DNA of 32,905 bases from positions 1 to 32,905 of the forward strand of contig JBDKKE010000335.1 in the NCBI GenBank assembly GCA_039796255.1, in the 5' to 3' direction. Below the pieces are notes generated by a model. That model was not told where the DNA came from. It saw only the letters and a program-made list of their open reading frames with translations, and did not search any database. This document shows, piece after piece, positions 8,892-19,095 of the stretch; positions within the stretch are counted from its first letter, which is position 1; each line of letters opens with the position of its first letter. The stretch comes from Verrucomicrobiota bacterium. Its GTDB lineage: Bacteria > Verrucomicrobiota > Verrucomicrobiia > Limisphaerales > UBA9464. Position numbers and translations under genes: made by a program.

Positions 8892-10487
8892 CTACTTGTC
8901 TCCCCCGCTCTTGGTCAGTGTCTCCAGCACGCTGTCGAGACTGAAACTGCCGGCCTTCTGGCTCGGCGGGAACTCGCGGAATGTGGAGAGAAACTGCCCG
9001 ACATACTCCTGCGCAGGCACGAGCAGGAAGGCGCGGTCCACCCGCCATTTTCCGTAGTTGATGCTTTCATGGTCGGCGATCTCGAACGGATCAGAGCGCA
9101 GATTGAAGAGCTTGGGGAAACGCAGCGGCACGAAGGGATTCTGCCACACGTCCAGACCCTGCGAGCGCTGCTCGGCGAAGACCATCTTCCATTGGTTGAA
9201 ACGCAGCGCCACCAGCGAGCCGTCATCATTGAAGTAGAAGAACTCCTTGCGCGGGCTGGGCGCCTTGCCGGCGAGCAGGTCGGTGAGGTTGTAGCCGTCC
9301 AGATGGACCTTGAAGGTCTGGTTGCCGACCTTCATGCCCTTGAGCAGCTGTTCCTTCACATCCGGCACGCCGGCGGCGGCGAGCAGCGTGGGCAGCATGT
9401 CCTCGTGCGAGCCGATGTCGTTGACGACGGTGCCGGGCTGAATCACGCCGGGCCAGCGAATGACGCAGGGCACGCGATAGGCGCCTTCCCAGTTGCTCGC
9501 CTTTTCATTGCGGAAGGGTGACGAACCGCCGTCCGGCCAGGAGAACTTCTCCGCACCGTTGTCGGTCGAGTACATGACGATGGTGTTCTCCTCCAGGCCA
9601 AGTTCTTTGAGCTTGGCGAGAATCTCGCCGACGTGGCCATCGTGCTCGACCATGCCGTCGGGATAGATGCCCAGACCGGTCTTGCCCTCGCTCGCGGCCT
9701 TGAGGTGGGTCCAGATGTGCATGCGGGTGGAGTTCCACCAGATGAAGAACGGCTTGTCGGCCTTCTTCGCGTCCGTCATGAAGCGCAGCGTCTCCTTGGT
9801 GAATTCATCATCGCACGTTTCCATGCGCTTCTTGTTGAGCGGGCCGGTGCTCTCAATCCGCTGCGTCCCATCCGGGTTGGCCCAGCTGTGGATCACGCCG
9901 CGGGTGTTGTACTTTTTGATCAGCGCCGGGTCCTTGAAATAGTCGGGATTCTCCGGCTCCTCCTCGGCGTTCAGGTGGTAGAGCGAGCCGTAAAACTCGC
10001 CGAAGCCATGCGCCGTGGGCAGGTGTTCGTCGCGGTCACCGAGATGATTCTTACCAAACTGGCCGGTGAGGTAGCCCTGTGCCTTGAGCAGTTCGGCGAT
10101 CGTCACGTCCCGCGCCTGCAACCCTTCCTTCGCGCCTGGCAGACCGACCTTGAGCAGCCCGGTGCGGAAGCCGTTCTGCCCGGTGATAAAGCACGCGCGC
10201 CCGGCAGTGCAGCTCTGCTGGCCATACCAGTCGGTGAACATCGCGCCTTCCTTGGCAATCCGGTCAATGTTGGGCGTCCGGTAGCCCATCTGACCATGGT
10301 TATAGGCGGATACGTTCCACCAGCCAACGTCGTCGCCCCAGATGATGAGGATATTGGGTTTCTTGCCTGTCCCCGGCGAAGCGGGAGCGGAGGCCGGGTC
10401 CGCGGCTTGGGCTGGCAGGACCGCGCTGATCAGGGCAGCCGCTGCACAGAGAAGTTGCAGGCCGTTGTGGAGTACCTTTCGATTCAT
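8892..10487 (-). CDS. Arylsulfatase (Cys-type, CxAxR variant)
   Basis: KPNILIIWGDDVG, QQSCTAGRACFITG, FGKNHLGD, STDNG; signal peptide ending AQA. Confidence 0.92.
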   Translation of the reverse strand: MNRKVLHNGLQLLCAAAALISAVLPAQAADPASAPASPGTGKKPNILIIWGDDVGWWNVSAYNHGQMGYRTPNIDRIAKEGAMFTDWYGQQSCTAGRACFITGQNGFRTGLLKVGLPGAKEGLQARDVTIAELLKAQGYLTGQFGKNHLGDRDEHLPTAHGFGEFYGSLYHLNAEEEPENPDYFKDPALIKKYNTRGVIHSWANPDGTQRIESTGPLNKKRMETCDDEFTKETLRFMTDAKKADKPFFIWWNSTRMHIWTHLKAASEGKTGLGIYPDGMVEHDGHVGEILAKLKELGLEENTIVMYSTDNGAEKFSWPDGGSSPFRNEKASNWEGAYRVPCVIRWPGVIQPGTVVNDIGSHEDMLPTLLAAAGVPDVKEQLLKGMKVGNQTFKVHLDGYNLTDLLAGKAPSPRKEFFYFNDDGSLVALRFNQWKMVFAEQRSQGLDVWQNPFVPLRFPKLFNLRSDPFEIADHESINYGKWRVDRAFLLVPAQEYVGQFLSTFREFPPSQKAGSFSLDSVLETLTKSGGDK

Positions 10488-10828
10488 AGCTTGGTTGGTA
10501 AGTTTCCAGTTGAATGGAGCGTTTGCAGGCCCAGGGAGGGGACACCGCGAAAATCAAGGTGAGGCATGCCGGTGTGGTGGTCTGTCAACGGAGTGGTCGT
10601 CATCGGGCATCCAGGTCAACAGCGACGTCTTCATTCCCCCACACCCCGGAGGTTCGCCGGGGGAACAATCGACGCTCTGCGATCACGGGTGATGGGAAGC
10701 AGCACACGCCTGAGCATTCTACTGAGTGATCACGTCGTGGCAATCCTACACGCACCGATCGAGAGGCTTCGCTTCCCCATTCTCGGAATGGCGGAAGCCT
10801 TGCCTCACCCAGAGCCGCTGGCGCCAAG

Positions 10829-13800
10829 TCAGGGAATGATGACGCGGTAAAGACGCGACCTCGGGGTCGCGCCCGCCGGCTGGAGCGTCTCAATGTCCCG
10901 CGCGGTGATTTCCGGAAGCACCGTTTGGACCGTCGTCCAGACTCCTCCCGGGATCGGATCGGCTTCCTGCAAGGCATAGGCCCGTCCGGCCTCGGCGCGG
11001 AAACGCAGGGTCACCCCATCGACGGCTCCGTCCGCCTGAATCCGAAGACGACTTCCCGCCCGTTGCGGATCGGTCCCCGCCAGGTACTCGTCGCGATTGG
11101 CAAATCCGTCCCCGTCAGCATCGGCCAGACTGTCGGCGCGGAGCGGGTCGAGTCCGTGAACCCGCTCCCAGGCGTCCGGGAGTCCGTCGGCGTCGAGGTC
11201 CGCCCCACCACCCACCGCGGTGGAGACAACGGTGATCGCATTGGACGCCGCCAACTGACCGGCGAAGTCGTATCCCAACACCTCCAGGCGGTTGGTCCCC
11301 AGCCACAGGGGAACACGGATCTGCCACTCGGTGATCGAACTCCAGGTCCATTCCCCGGCGGTCTCGGGCGAGCGAAGGACCAGGGTGCGCAGATCGATTC
11401 CCGCCGTGCCGGTCAGGGTGATGGCGGAGGCTCCGGTCAACACATCCTGGCCCGCGCCCGTGCGGATGCTCAGCGGCACCGCGGGCGGCAACTGCTGACG
11501 CGCGTAGGCGGATCGCTGGCGAATGTAGGTGAGTACACCCCCATAATTCTGACCGGCCAGCGTCCCGAAATGGGACGTCCAGCGCGCCAGGTAGGTGGGA
11601 TTGTAGGAGCGGTTCAACAAGTCCTGAAGGTGTCCATAAAACAGGCGCCGGTTGCCCGGCAGTTCCAGAATGCGGCCAATGTTGGCTCCCACCGGGAGCG
11701 ATTCCGTCGGCCCGCGCGCCCAGCAGAAATCCATGTCCCAGGGAAAGGTCAGCGCCTTCCCGTCTCCGGGCCGAAAGTAGATGAACTGGTTGTGCGGATA
11801 TCCCACCGCATAGGTGTCCGCATCCCCACTGAGCGACTTGAGGGCCATCGCCCGCGCCCATTGATCCACGTCCATCAGGTCGCGGCTCTCACGGTCCAGT
11901 GCCGCGCCCCCCAGACTCATCGCCTTCGCCAGACGGATCACGGGGGCGTAGTCGTCCCCGGACCGAAGGTTCTCGATGGGGAAGTACCACCGGTACGCCT
12001 CCGGATCATCGCCCCGATCCTGGATGTCGGTTCCGATCACGTCGTCCGGTTGCGGAAGCTTGGGATTCTGCGGATTGCCGCCGACCGAGGTCGTCGGATA
12101 GTAAATCAACTCCAGCTTGAACAGACTGCCATCACTCCCGTTGGGATAGGAGTCCTCCAGAAAGCCATCGCCGTACTTGGTGGTGACCAACTGGGCGACT
12201 CCGGTGCGCCGTCCGTCGAGGTTGCGCGGATAGATCCCGCGCACCAGATCGGTATACATTTCGGGAAGTCCGCCGGCCTGGGTCATGATGTGCCGCAGCA
12301 CGATTTCATCCTGGCGTCCGCCCCGCCCCGAATAGCCGCCGCTCCGATCCAGGGTCACCGAATCGTGAACCCCGCGAAAGGGCCGGTCGGCGTCGAACTC
12401 CAGGGTGAATCCCACGCGGCTGGAATCCGGACGCCCCCGCTCGCTGGAGTGAAGCCGAACTCCGATGTCATACAGGGGCTCGGTCTCGTCCACATACAGC
12501 GTTCCACCCAAAGCCTCATTGCTCATCAGGTTGGTCGCCGCGAATTGAAACGCAGAGTCGGCAACGGTCATCACGATGCGCATCTGGTGCAGCCGGGTAT
12601 TCGCGGCCTGACCATCCCGCACCTGATAGAGCACCCGCGAGTCGCGTCCGGCGGGGGGAAACACGGATCGGGCCCCGGCCGCATCGGCAGCCTCCACATA
12701 AAACTGAACCACCGTCGCCGCTGCCTGGGGCGGGATCTCCGCCTGCCAGGAAGCCTCACCGGAGCGGTTCATGACCGCGCTTTGCCATCCCCTCGCCCCG
12801 GGATTCCACCACAGCAGGCACTCTGCAACCCCCTCAGGATCCGCGGGGGTCACGACCACGGTCACCGGGTCGGTTGGCGCCGGGATGACCGGAAAATGGC
12901 GCAGTCCGGAAAAGGTGGGTCCGGCATTGGTCAGCCATCGGGAGTTGCGGGCACCGGGAGTTCCGCTGAGTTCGGGCAACTCCAGAACGGTCGTGCGCGC
13001 CAGCCGGCTGAAGTAGAGTCGCGAGTTGAGCCGAGGGCTCCCTGAAATCCAGCGGGCGCGAAACGCGATGCGGTAGGTGCGGCCATCCTCGACCCGGGCA
13101 CCGCCCACCAGCGTGGTCTCCAGGTGATTGTGCATGTGTTCCGTGGGACCGGTGGCCACCAGGCGGAGCACGGAATTCCCCGGCTGATCCGGATCGGGAA
13201 CCACCTCGCTGCGACGGTGATTTCCCAACCGCCGCCAGGACGCGGTGCCGGAGGAGAAATCACCATTGACCAGAAGTTCCCGGGCGGACGCGGTATCCGG
13301 GGACTCGATGACGCTCAGGTCGTCGATCAACACCTCACCGGCGGCGAGCAGTCCCAGGATGAATTCGTTCCACTGGGTCGGACCGCCGTCCGATTGGGCG
13401 ACTCCCTCGTAGCGGTAGGACTTCCATACCGAACGGCCGGACTCATCGCTCGCCGCCCACGCACCGGCCTGGGCATTGTCCGAACGGGGATCGCGCAACT
13501 CGAGACTCGAGCCGCCGCCGTCGGGGGCGGAAGGCCAGGGTTTGCCGGTGAAGTAGCGCACCCGGTCCACCGGATTCCCCAGCGCATCCAGCAACGTCAC
13601 GGCATCCCCGGAACGGGACAGCCGTCCCGCGAAGTTGCCCAGGACCCGGATTCCCGGACGCTGCTCCCGCAACGAGGCCGCATCGCGGGCCACCACCAGG
13701 TAGCCACCCGCCTCCAACTGCGTGTTGGCCGGAAAGGTGAAATCAATGCCCTCCTCCAGCCTCCAGCCCGAAAGCTCCACCGCCCGGGTTCCCGGATTAT

Positions 13801-15325
13801 GGAGTTCCACCCACGACTCCGGGGATTCCCTCAGCGGAAGCGCCGGACGGATCTCCTCGATCAGGGAAGCCTCCAGACCAAAGACCACATCGGAACTGCC
13901 CAGCGACGACTGGTGAACCTCCACCGCCAGCACATTGGTACCCACCCGCAGGCTTTCCGAGGGCACCACCTTCCGATCCGAGAACACGGCATTGCCGACA
14001 CTGGGGGCGGCGAAGGTGGTGTACTCCAGCGGACCTTCGGGAAGATTCATCCGCAGAACCTCAGTCCCGTTCAGAGACACCACCGCCCCGTCGTCCACCA
14101 GCAGACGCAGCGCCAACTGGGTCGCGGCCGACTTCTCCTCCACGACCACGGTGGTGCGAAAGTAGTAGGTAATCCTGCCGAGCGTGAGGGGCGTGCTCTT
14201 GGGGGCGGGAAGGTCCGCGTCCTCCGCGAAAAACGCTCCGGCCCCCTGGCTCCAGCCGCTGTCGGAGAACCCGGGTTGCCTCCAATCGCCTGCGGGTTCG
14301 GATCCGGACTGGTCGTAACGCCACACCGAGTCCACAGCCAACAGCGGACGTTCCGTCACCTCGGCCGGCTGCGCGGGCAGGTCGGGAACGTGGTATTGGA
14401 TCTCGTTGATGACCACCTCCCCCTGCGGCGGGAACTCATTCACCGTCCCCGGCGTGAGACGCGATGGCGTCCACCAACGATTGTCCGATCCGCGCCGGGC
14501 CAGGGCAGCGCGCCCCATCGTGACTCCGTCCAGATATTCCCCCTCCATCCGATTCACCAGGAGAAGCCGGTCGCCGGACTTGGGAATCCATCCCAGCGTA
14601 TTCTGGTCCCAGGCCAGATATCCGCGTTCGGGCAAAATCACCCCGGCGGGTGGGACCCATTCATTGCCACCGCCGCCCACCCGGCGCACCGCCAGGCCGT
14701 CCAGCGAAAGCGGTTGATCCGTCGGATTGAAAATCTCCAGCCAGAACGGCCGATCGCCGGTGCCCGCAATCTCGCTCAGGCGCACCGGCGGTGGCGCCGG
14801 GGGGCCGTCGGGAACGTTGGCGGCGGCGGGCGTGCCGCCCATGCGACGGCTGTGGGTCCACGCGGCGGGATCGGAGGTCGGCAGGAACTCATCATGCCGG
14901 GAGAGGGTGGCGCCCGACCCGGCAGGAATCACGGGCCAGGGAAAGTCGGTGCCGTATCGGATGCTCTCCATGAGACGGCCGTTGTGATTGCGGAGTTCGA
15001 GCCGCTCCCCGGAATTGTCCAATCGACCGGAGAATGGTCCCAGAACGTTGGTGGCACCGGTGGCGCTGACCAGCGCCGTCGCCTCCGCAGCCACCACCAG
15101 GTAGCCGCCCCCGGCCAGGATGGTTCCCGCGGGAAAGGTGAATCCCACGCCCTCGGACAACCGCCATCCGGACAGCTCCACATCCACCGCCATCGGATTG
15201 TGCAGTTCCAGCCACTCCACGGAGTCGCCACCGGCACCCGACGGTTGGTAATGAATCTCGGTAAAGACCACGGCCGTATCCACCGCCAGAGCCCGGGAGA
15301 GCCAGGCTAGGAGGATCCAACCCAT
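10829..15325 (-). CDS. Lamin-tail-domain / CotH kinase-like surface protein
   Basis: LTD repeats (VVFTEIHY..EWLELHN; VVINEIQY..WVELHN), CotH-like region (DTY..HNQFIY..FPWDMDFCW), C-terminal DxDxDG motifs and RLYRVIIP. Start uncertain: ATG 15325 gives a short signal-like MGWILLAWLSRALA; an in-frame GTG near 15364 is also possible. Confidence 0.8.
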   Translation of the reverse strand: MGWILLAWLSRALAVDTAVVFTEIHYQPSGAGGDSVEWLELHNPMAVDVELSGWRLSEGVGFTFPAGTILAGGGYLVVAAEATALVSATGATNVLGPFSGRLDNSGERLELRNHNGRLMESIRYGTDFPWPVIPAGSGATLSRHDEFLPTSDPAAWTHSRRMGGTPAAANVPDGPPAPPPVRLSEIAGTGDRPFWLEIFNPTDQPLSLDGLAVRRVGGGGNEWVPPAGVILPERGYLAWDQNTLGWIPKSGDRLLLVNRMEGEYLDGVTMGRAALARRGSDNRWWTPSRLTPGTVNEFPPQGEVVINEIQYHVPDLPAQPAEVTERPLLAVDSVWRYDQSGSEPAGDWRQPGFSDSGWSQGAGAFFAEDADLPAPKSTPLTLGRITYYFRTTVVVEEKSAATQLALRLLVDDGAVVSLNGTEVLRMNLPEGPLEYTTFAAPSVGNAVFSDRKVVPSESLRVGTNVLAVEVHQSSLGSSDVVFGLEASLIEEIRPALPLRESPESWVELHNPGTRAVELSGWRLEEGIDFTFPANTQLEAGGYLVVARDAASLREQRPGIRVLGNFAGRLSRSGDAVTLLDALGNPVDRVRYFTGKPWPSAPDGGGSSLELRDPRSDNAQAGAWAASDESGRSVWKSYRYEGVAQSDGGPTQWNEFILGLLAAGEVLIDDLSVIESPDTASARELLVNGDFSSGTASWRRLGNHRRSEVVPDPDQPGNSVLRLVATGPTEHMHNHLETTLVGGARVEDGRTYRIAFRARWISGSPRLNSRLYFSRLARTTVLELPELSGTPGARNSRWLTNAGPTFSGLRHFPVIPAPTDPVTVVVTPADPEGVAECLLWWNPGARGWQSAVMNRSGEASWQAEIPPQAAATVVQFYVEAADAAGARSVFPPAGRDSRVLYQVRDGQAANTRLHQMRIVMTVADSAFQFAATNLMSNEALGGTLYVDETEPLYDIGVRLHSSERGRPDSSRVGFTLEFDADRPFRGVHDSVTLDRSGGYSGRGGRQDEIVLRHIMTQAGGLPEMYTDLVRGIYPRNLDGRRTGVAQLVTTKYGDGFLEDSYPNGSDGSLFKLELIYYPTTSVGGNPQNPKLPQPDDVIGTDIQDRGDDPEAYRWYFPIENLRSGDDYAPVIRLAKAMSLGGAALDRESRDLMDVDQWARAMALKSLSGDADTYAVGYPHNQFIYFRPGDGKALTFPWDMDFCWARGPTESLPVGANIGRILELPGNRRLFYGHLQDLLNRSYNPTYLARWTSHFGTLAGQNYGGVLTYIRQRSAYARQQLPPAVPLSIRTGAGQDVLTGASAITLTGTAGIDLRTLVLRSPETAGEWTWSSITEWQIRVPLWLGTNRLEVLGYDFAGQLAASNAITVVSTAVGGGADLDADGLPDAWERVHGLDPLRADSLADADGDGFANRDEYLAGTDPQRAGSRLRIQADGAVDGVTLRFRAEAGRAYALQEADPIPGGVWTTVQTVLPEITARDIETLQPAGATPRSRLYRVIIP

Positions 15326-15470
15326 CCCTCCTCGACGAAGAAGTGATTTCAAATGCGGGAACACCACACAGAACCATGGCGAAGCCCCTCCCCCGGGGAA
15401 ACAGCGAAATGGACAGTCTGGCGTTGAGGGTCCGAAAGCCCGCAGACCCGAAGCTGTGCCGCCGTGCCCG

Positions 15471-15494
15471 CACCTGCCCACCTGCCCACCTGCC
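15471..15494. repeat. Short tandem repeat (CACCTGCC)x3 in the divergent CotH/purB intergenic region
   Basis: cacctgcc-cacctgcc-cacctgcc, with degenerate flanking copies. Confidence 0.7.
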
Positions 15495-15597
15495 CGCACC
15501 GCCCCCCTCTTCCCTCACGGGCTCGATCCATCCGATCTGGGCGTCTGCGGACCAATTTCCTTTTCCCCGCCCCATCGGCCCGATTTGATGGGCGCGC

Positions 15598-16932
15598 ATG
15601 ATTCCGCGCTATTCGCGGCCCGAGATGCGGGCCATTTGGACCGATGAAAACCGCCTCAAGATCTGGCTGCAGATCGAGATGCTGGCCAGTGAGGCGCTGG
15701 TGGCGGAGGGCATCGTTCCCGCGGCGGACTTCGCGAAGATGCAGGCCGGCGCGGAGCGCTGCTTCGCCGACACCCGGGCGCTGACCGAGCGGGCCAAGGA
15801 ACTGGAGAAGACGCTGAATCATGACGTCATCGGCTTCACCACCGCCGTTTCCGAGCAGATCGATGACACCGCTTCGCGCTGGCTGCACTTTGGCCTGACC
15901 AGCAGCGACATCGTCGATACCGCCTTCGCCGTCCAGATGGTGCAGAGCGCGGATCTGCTGATCCAGGATGTCGCCCGCCTCCTGCCGATCATCGCCCGCC
16001 GCGCCCGCGAATACATGCTCACGCCCTGCATCGGACGCAGTCACGGAATTCACGGCGAGCCCACCACCTTCGGATTGAAGCTGGCCCTGATGCATGAGGA
16101 ATTCGTCCGCGCCCGGGAACGGCTGGTCCGGGCCCGGGAAACCGTGGCCGTGGGGAAGCTGTCCGGAGCCGTCGGCACCAACGCCCACCTGTCGCCCACC
16201 GTGGAGGAGGCCGTCTGCGCCAAACTGGGGTTGCGCCCGGCGCCCATCGCCACCCAGGTGGTGCAGCGGGATCTGCATGCGGAGTTCATGAATACCCTGG
16301 CGCTGATTGGCGCGGGGCTCGAGCACTGGGCCGTGGAGTTCCGTCACCTGCAGCGCACCGAAGTCCTGGAGGCGGAGGAGCCGTTCACCGCGGGTCAAAA
16401 GGGCAGCAGCGCCATGCCGCACAAACGGAATCCCATTACCTGGGAACGACTCACCGGACTGGCCCGCGTGCTGCGGGGCAATGCCGTGGCGGCCATGGAG
16501 AACGTCGCCCTCTGGCACGAACGCGACATCAGCCACAGTTCCGTGGAGCGGATCATCTTTCCCGACTCCTGCACGCTGCTCGACTACATGCTGGGCCTCC
16601 TGACCCGACTGATGGACGGCCTGCGGGTCTATCCGGAGAACATGAAGAAGAATCTCGGGCTCAGCCTGGGCATGTGGAACAGCCAGACCGTGCTGCTGTC
16701 GCTGATCCGCAAGGGGCTCACCCGGGAGCGGGCCTACGAATTGGTCCAGCGCAGCGCCATGAAAACCTGGGAGGTCAAGCACGCGGGACGCGACGATGCG
16801 GACTTTTTGGAAGTGCTGCGCGAGGATCCCGAGGTGGCCTCCTTCTTTGCGCCCGGAGAACTGGAGGGATTGTGCTCCCTGGAGTTCCATCTCAAGGAGG
16901 TGGAGAACCGCTTCCGAAAGCTCGGAATCTAA
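15598..16932 (+). CDS. purB: Adenylosuccinate lyase
   Basis: MIPRYSRPEM start, HDVIGF, HFGLTSSD, GRSHGIH, signature GSSAMPHKRNP, WHERDISHSSVER. Confidence 0.97.
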   Translation: MIPRYSRPEMRAIWTDENRLKIWLQIEMLASEALVAEGIVPAADFAKMQAGAERCFADTRALTERAKELEKTLNHDVIGFTTAVSEQIDDTASRWLHFGLTSSDIVDTAFAVQMVQSADLLIQDVARLLPIIARRAREYMLTPCIGRSHGIHGEPTTFGLKLALMHEEFVRARERLVRARETVAVGKLSGAVGTNAHLSPTVEEAVCAKLGLRPAPIATQVVQRDLHAEFMNTLALIGAGLEHWAVEFRHLQRTEVLEAEEPFTAGQKGSSAMPHKRNPITWERLTGLARVLRGNAVAAMENVALWHERDISHSSVERIIFPDSCTLLDYMLGLLTRLMDGLRVYPENMKKNLGLSLGMWNSQTVLLSLIRKGLTRERAYELVQRSAMKTWEVKHAGRDDADFLEVLREDPEVASFFAPGELEGLCSLEFHLKEVENRFRKLGI

Positions 16933-16939
16933 TCAGGGA

Positions 16940-17764
16940 CTACAGGGCGGCCTTCAGCCGGACCAGTTGCGTCATCAGTTTCCGCATCTCGGCGAGGGGC
17001 ACCATGTTGGGTCCGTCACTCAGGGCCTGGTCGGGGTCAGGATGGGTTTCCATGAACAACCCGTTCGCACCCGCCGCCACCGCGCAGCGGGCCAGCACCG
17101 GAGCGAACTCGCGCTGACCGGCCGACCGGTCGCCCGCGCCGCCCGGCAACTGCACCGAGTGGGTGGCGTCGAAGATGACCGGATATCCCAGATCGGCCAG
17201 GATCGGCAGTGACCGCATGTCGCTGACCAGATTCTGGTAGCCAAAGGTGGTGCCGCGCTCGGTCAACAGCAGTCGCGCCCGCCCACCCGACGCCGCTTCC
17301 CGGGCCTTGTTGACCACGTTGGCCATGTCGCCGGGAGCCAGGAACTGTCCTTTCTTGATGTTCACAATGGCCCCGGTGGCGACCGCCGCATGAATGAGGT
17401 CGGTTTGCCGGCACAGGAAGGCGGGAATCTGGAGAATGTCGCAGACGGCGGCGGCCGCCGTTGCCTCCTCGACGGTGTGAACATCCGTCAGAATCGGAAC
17501 TTCCAACTGCTCCCGCAGCCTTCCCAACTGCCGCAATCCCTCTTCCAGTCCCGGACCCCGGTAGGATTTTCCGGAGGAACGGTTGGCCTTGTCATAGCTG
17601 GCCTTGAAGACATAGGGAATACCAAGGTCGGCGCATATCTTCTTCAGTGTCAGACCAATGCGAAGGCAGATTTTCTCATTCTCCAGCACGCAGGGCCCAG
17701 AGATGAGAAACAAATGGCGTCGATCACGGAGGCGTCGCCACAAGTCGGCGTACCGGACAGGCAT
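16940..17764 (-). CDS. kdsA: 3-deoxy-8-phosphooctulonate (KDO8P) synthase
   Basis: [49 protein letters not shown]. The Cys of GPC suggests the metal-dependent class. Confidence 0.97.
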   Translation of the reverse strand: MPVRYADLWRRLRDRRHLFLISGPCVLENEKICLRIGLTLKKICADLGIPYVFKASYDKANRSSGKSYRGPGLEEGLRQLGRLREQLEVPILTDVHTVEEATAAAAVCDILQIPAFLCRQTDLIHAAVATGAIVNIKKGQFLAPGDMANVVNKAREAASGGRARLLLTERGTTFGYQNLVSDMRSLPILADLGYPVIFDATHSVQLPGGAGDRSAGQREFAPVLARCAVAAGANGLFMETHPDPDQALSDGPNMVPLAEMRKLMTQLVRLKAAL

Positions 17765-17853
17765 GGAAAGAGTTTGCGGCCGGGAACGCCCCAGAGCGAT
17801 GCCGAAACTTCACCACTTGGCGGCGCTGGCATTCTCGAAGAGGATGCGCCGCA

Positions 17854-18918
17854 GTGATCGACACGATCGCCGAACTAAAGGACTTCGCCGCCCGGGTGCA
17901 TGCCGCGCCCTGGGTAGCCGTGGATACCGAGGCGGACAGCCTGCATGCCTATCCGGAGAAGCTTTGCCTTCTCCAAATCGCCATCCCGGGCGAGGAACGG
18001 CTGGTGGACCCCCTGGCCGACCTGCATCTCGAACCCATCTGGGAGGCGTTCGACAGGCACGAGATCATCTTCCACGCCGCCGACTACGATCTTCACCTGC
18101 TCTATTCCGGACATCGATTCCAGCCCGCCTCCATCTTCGACACCATGTGGGCGGCGCGGTTGCTGGGAGAGCCCAAATTCGGGCTCAATGACGTCCTGTC
18201 GAAGTATCTGGGGCTCACCCTGGAGAAGGGTTCGCAGAAGGCGAACTGGGGACGACGGCCGCTGACCGAGAAGATGACCGACTACGCGCTCAACGACGTC
18301 CGCTACCTCCATTCGCTGGTGGAGCATTTGCGGGCGCGCCTGGTCGAGTTGGGTCGCCTGGACTGGCATCGGCAGATCTGCCGCAAGATCATCGACGTCG
18401 CGGTGCGTTCCGAGGGAGCGGATCCCGATTCGGTGTGGCGCATCAAGGGCCATGACAAGCTGAGCGAGACCGGCCTCGCCGTCCTGAAGGAGCTGTGGCT
18501 CTGGCGGGAGCGAGATGCCCTGCGGACCGGACGCCCCCCCTTCTTCATCCTCAAACACGAGGCCCTGAGCGAGATTGCCGATCAGGCCGCGGTCGGCGGC
18601 GTGAAGGCCATCCGCCTCCCGCCCTATCTCACGCCCAGGCGTCGCCAGGGAGTTCTGGAGGCGGTGCGCACCGGATTGTCGATGGGGCCGGAGCAGCGTC
18701 CCCAGCATCTGCGGGTGGTCACCCGCCGGATGACCCGCGCAGAGCTGGATCATTCCGACCGGCTGAGGGATTTCCGCGACAAACGGGCCAAGGAACTGGA
18801 GATGGATCCCACGATCATCGCCGCCAAGGGGACGCTGATGGCCCTGGCCCGGGCCGACTCCGGTGAATGGGACCGCCTGTTGCCCTGGCAGCGCGAGATC
18901 CTCGAACCGGGACGTTAA
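17854..18918 (+). CDS. rnd: Ribonuclease D (DEDDy exonuclease plus HRDC-like region)
   Basis: AVDTEADSLHAY, LLQI, FHAADYD, FDT, NWGRRPL..YALNDV, WRER..RPPFFIL. Confidence 0.9.
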   Translation: MIDTIAELKDFAARVHAAPWVAVDTEADSLHAYPEKLCLLQIAIPGEERLVDPLADLHLEPIWEAFDRHEIIFHAADYDLHLLYSGHRFQPASIFDTMWAARLLGEPKFGLNDVLSKYLGLTLEKGSQKANWGRRPLTEKMTDYALNDVRYLHSLVEHLRARLVELGRLDWHRQICRKIIDVAVRSEGADPDSVWRIKGHDKLSETGLAVLKELWLWRERDALRTGRPPFFILKHEALSEIADQAAVGGVKAIRLPPYLTPRRRQGVLEAVRTGLSMGPEQRPQHLRVVTRRMTRAELDHSDRLRDFRDKRAKELEMDPTIIAAKGTLMALARADSGEWDRLLPWQREILEPGR

Positions 18919-19079
18919 GCCGAAAGAAACACCGCCTGAGTCCCAAATCGCTGGGTGATCTCGAATCCGAGAACATCGCGATAAAAGCCGAGGGCGCGGT
19001 CCAGGTCGGCCACCTTGAGATGGACGTGTCCGATCCGGACGCCGGCGCCCACCGGACGCGGCGGGAGGAGAGGGGTCAT
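18915..19079 (-). pseudogene. Truncated VOC/glyoxalase (CatE-like) gene, 54 aa
   Basis: Hand translation: MTPLLPPRPVGAGVRIGHVHLKVADLDRALGFYRDVLGFEITQRFGTQAVFLSA*. Not in the ORF track. Ends just before the GGYHHH motif that normally follows FLSA in this family. Confidence 0.8.
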
Positions 19080-19095
19080 GATTTGAGGGTCCCGC

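Noticed and set aside
6360-9521. 1053-aa plus-strand ORF, and similar long ORFs at 4480, 9633, 10925, 13124, 15349, 27492 and 29572
   Set aside because: Antisense shadows of well-supported genes, expected in high-GC DNA; no recognisable motifs.
10764-10800. Hairpin downstream of the CotH gene as intrinsic terminator
   Set aside because: Interrupted stem (aggcttc/gaagcct, ccattc/gaatgg) with no U-tract on the minus strand.
15400-15597. ZMP/ZTP or other purine riboswitch upstream of purB
   Set aside because: Only fragmentary resemblance (ctggcg, ctgggc); the consensus architecture could not be built by eye.
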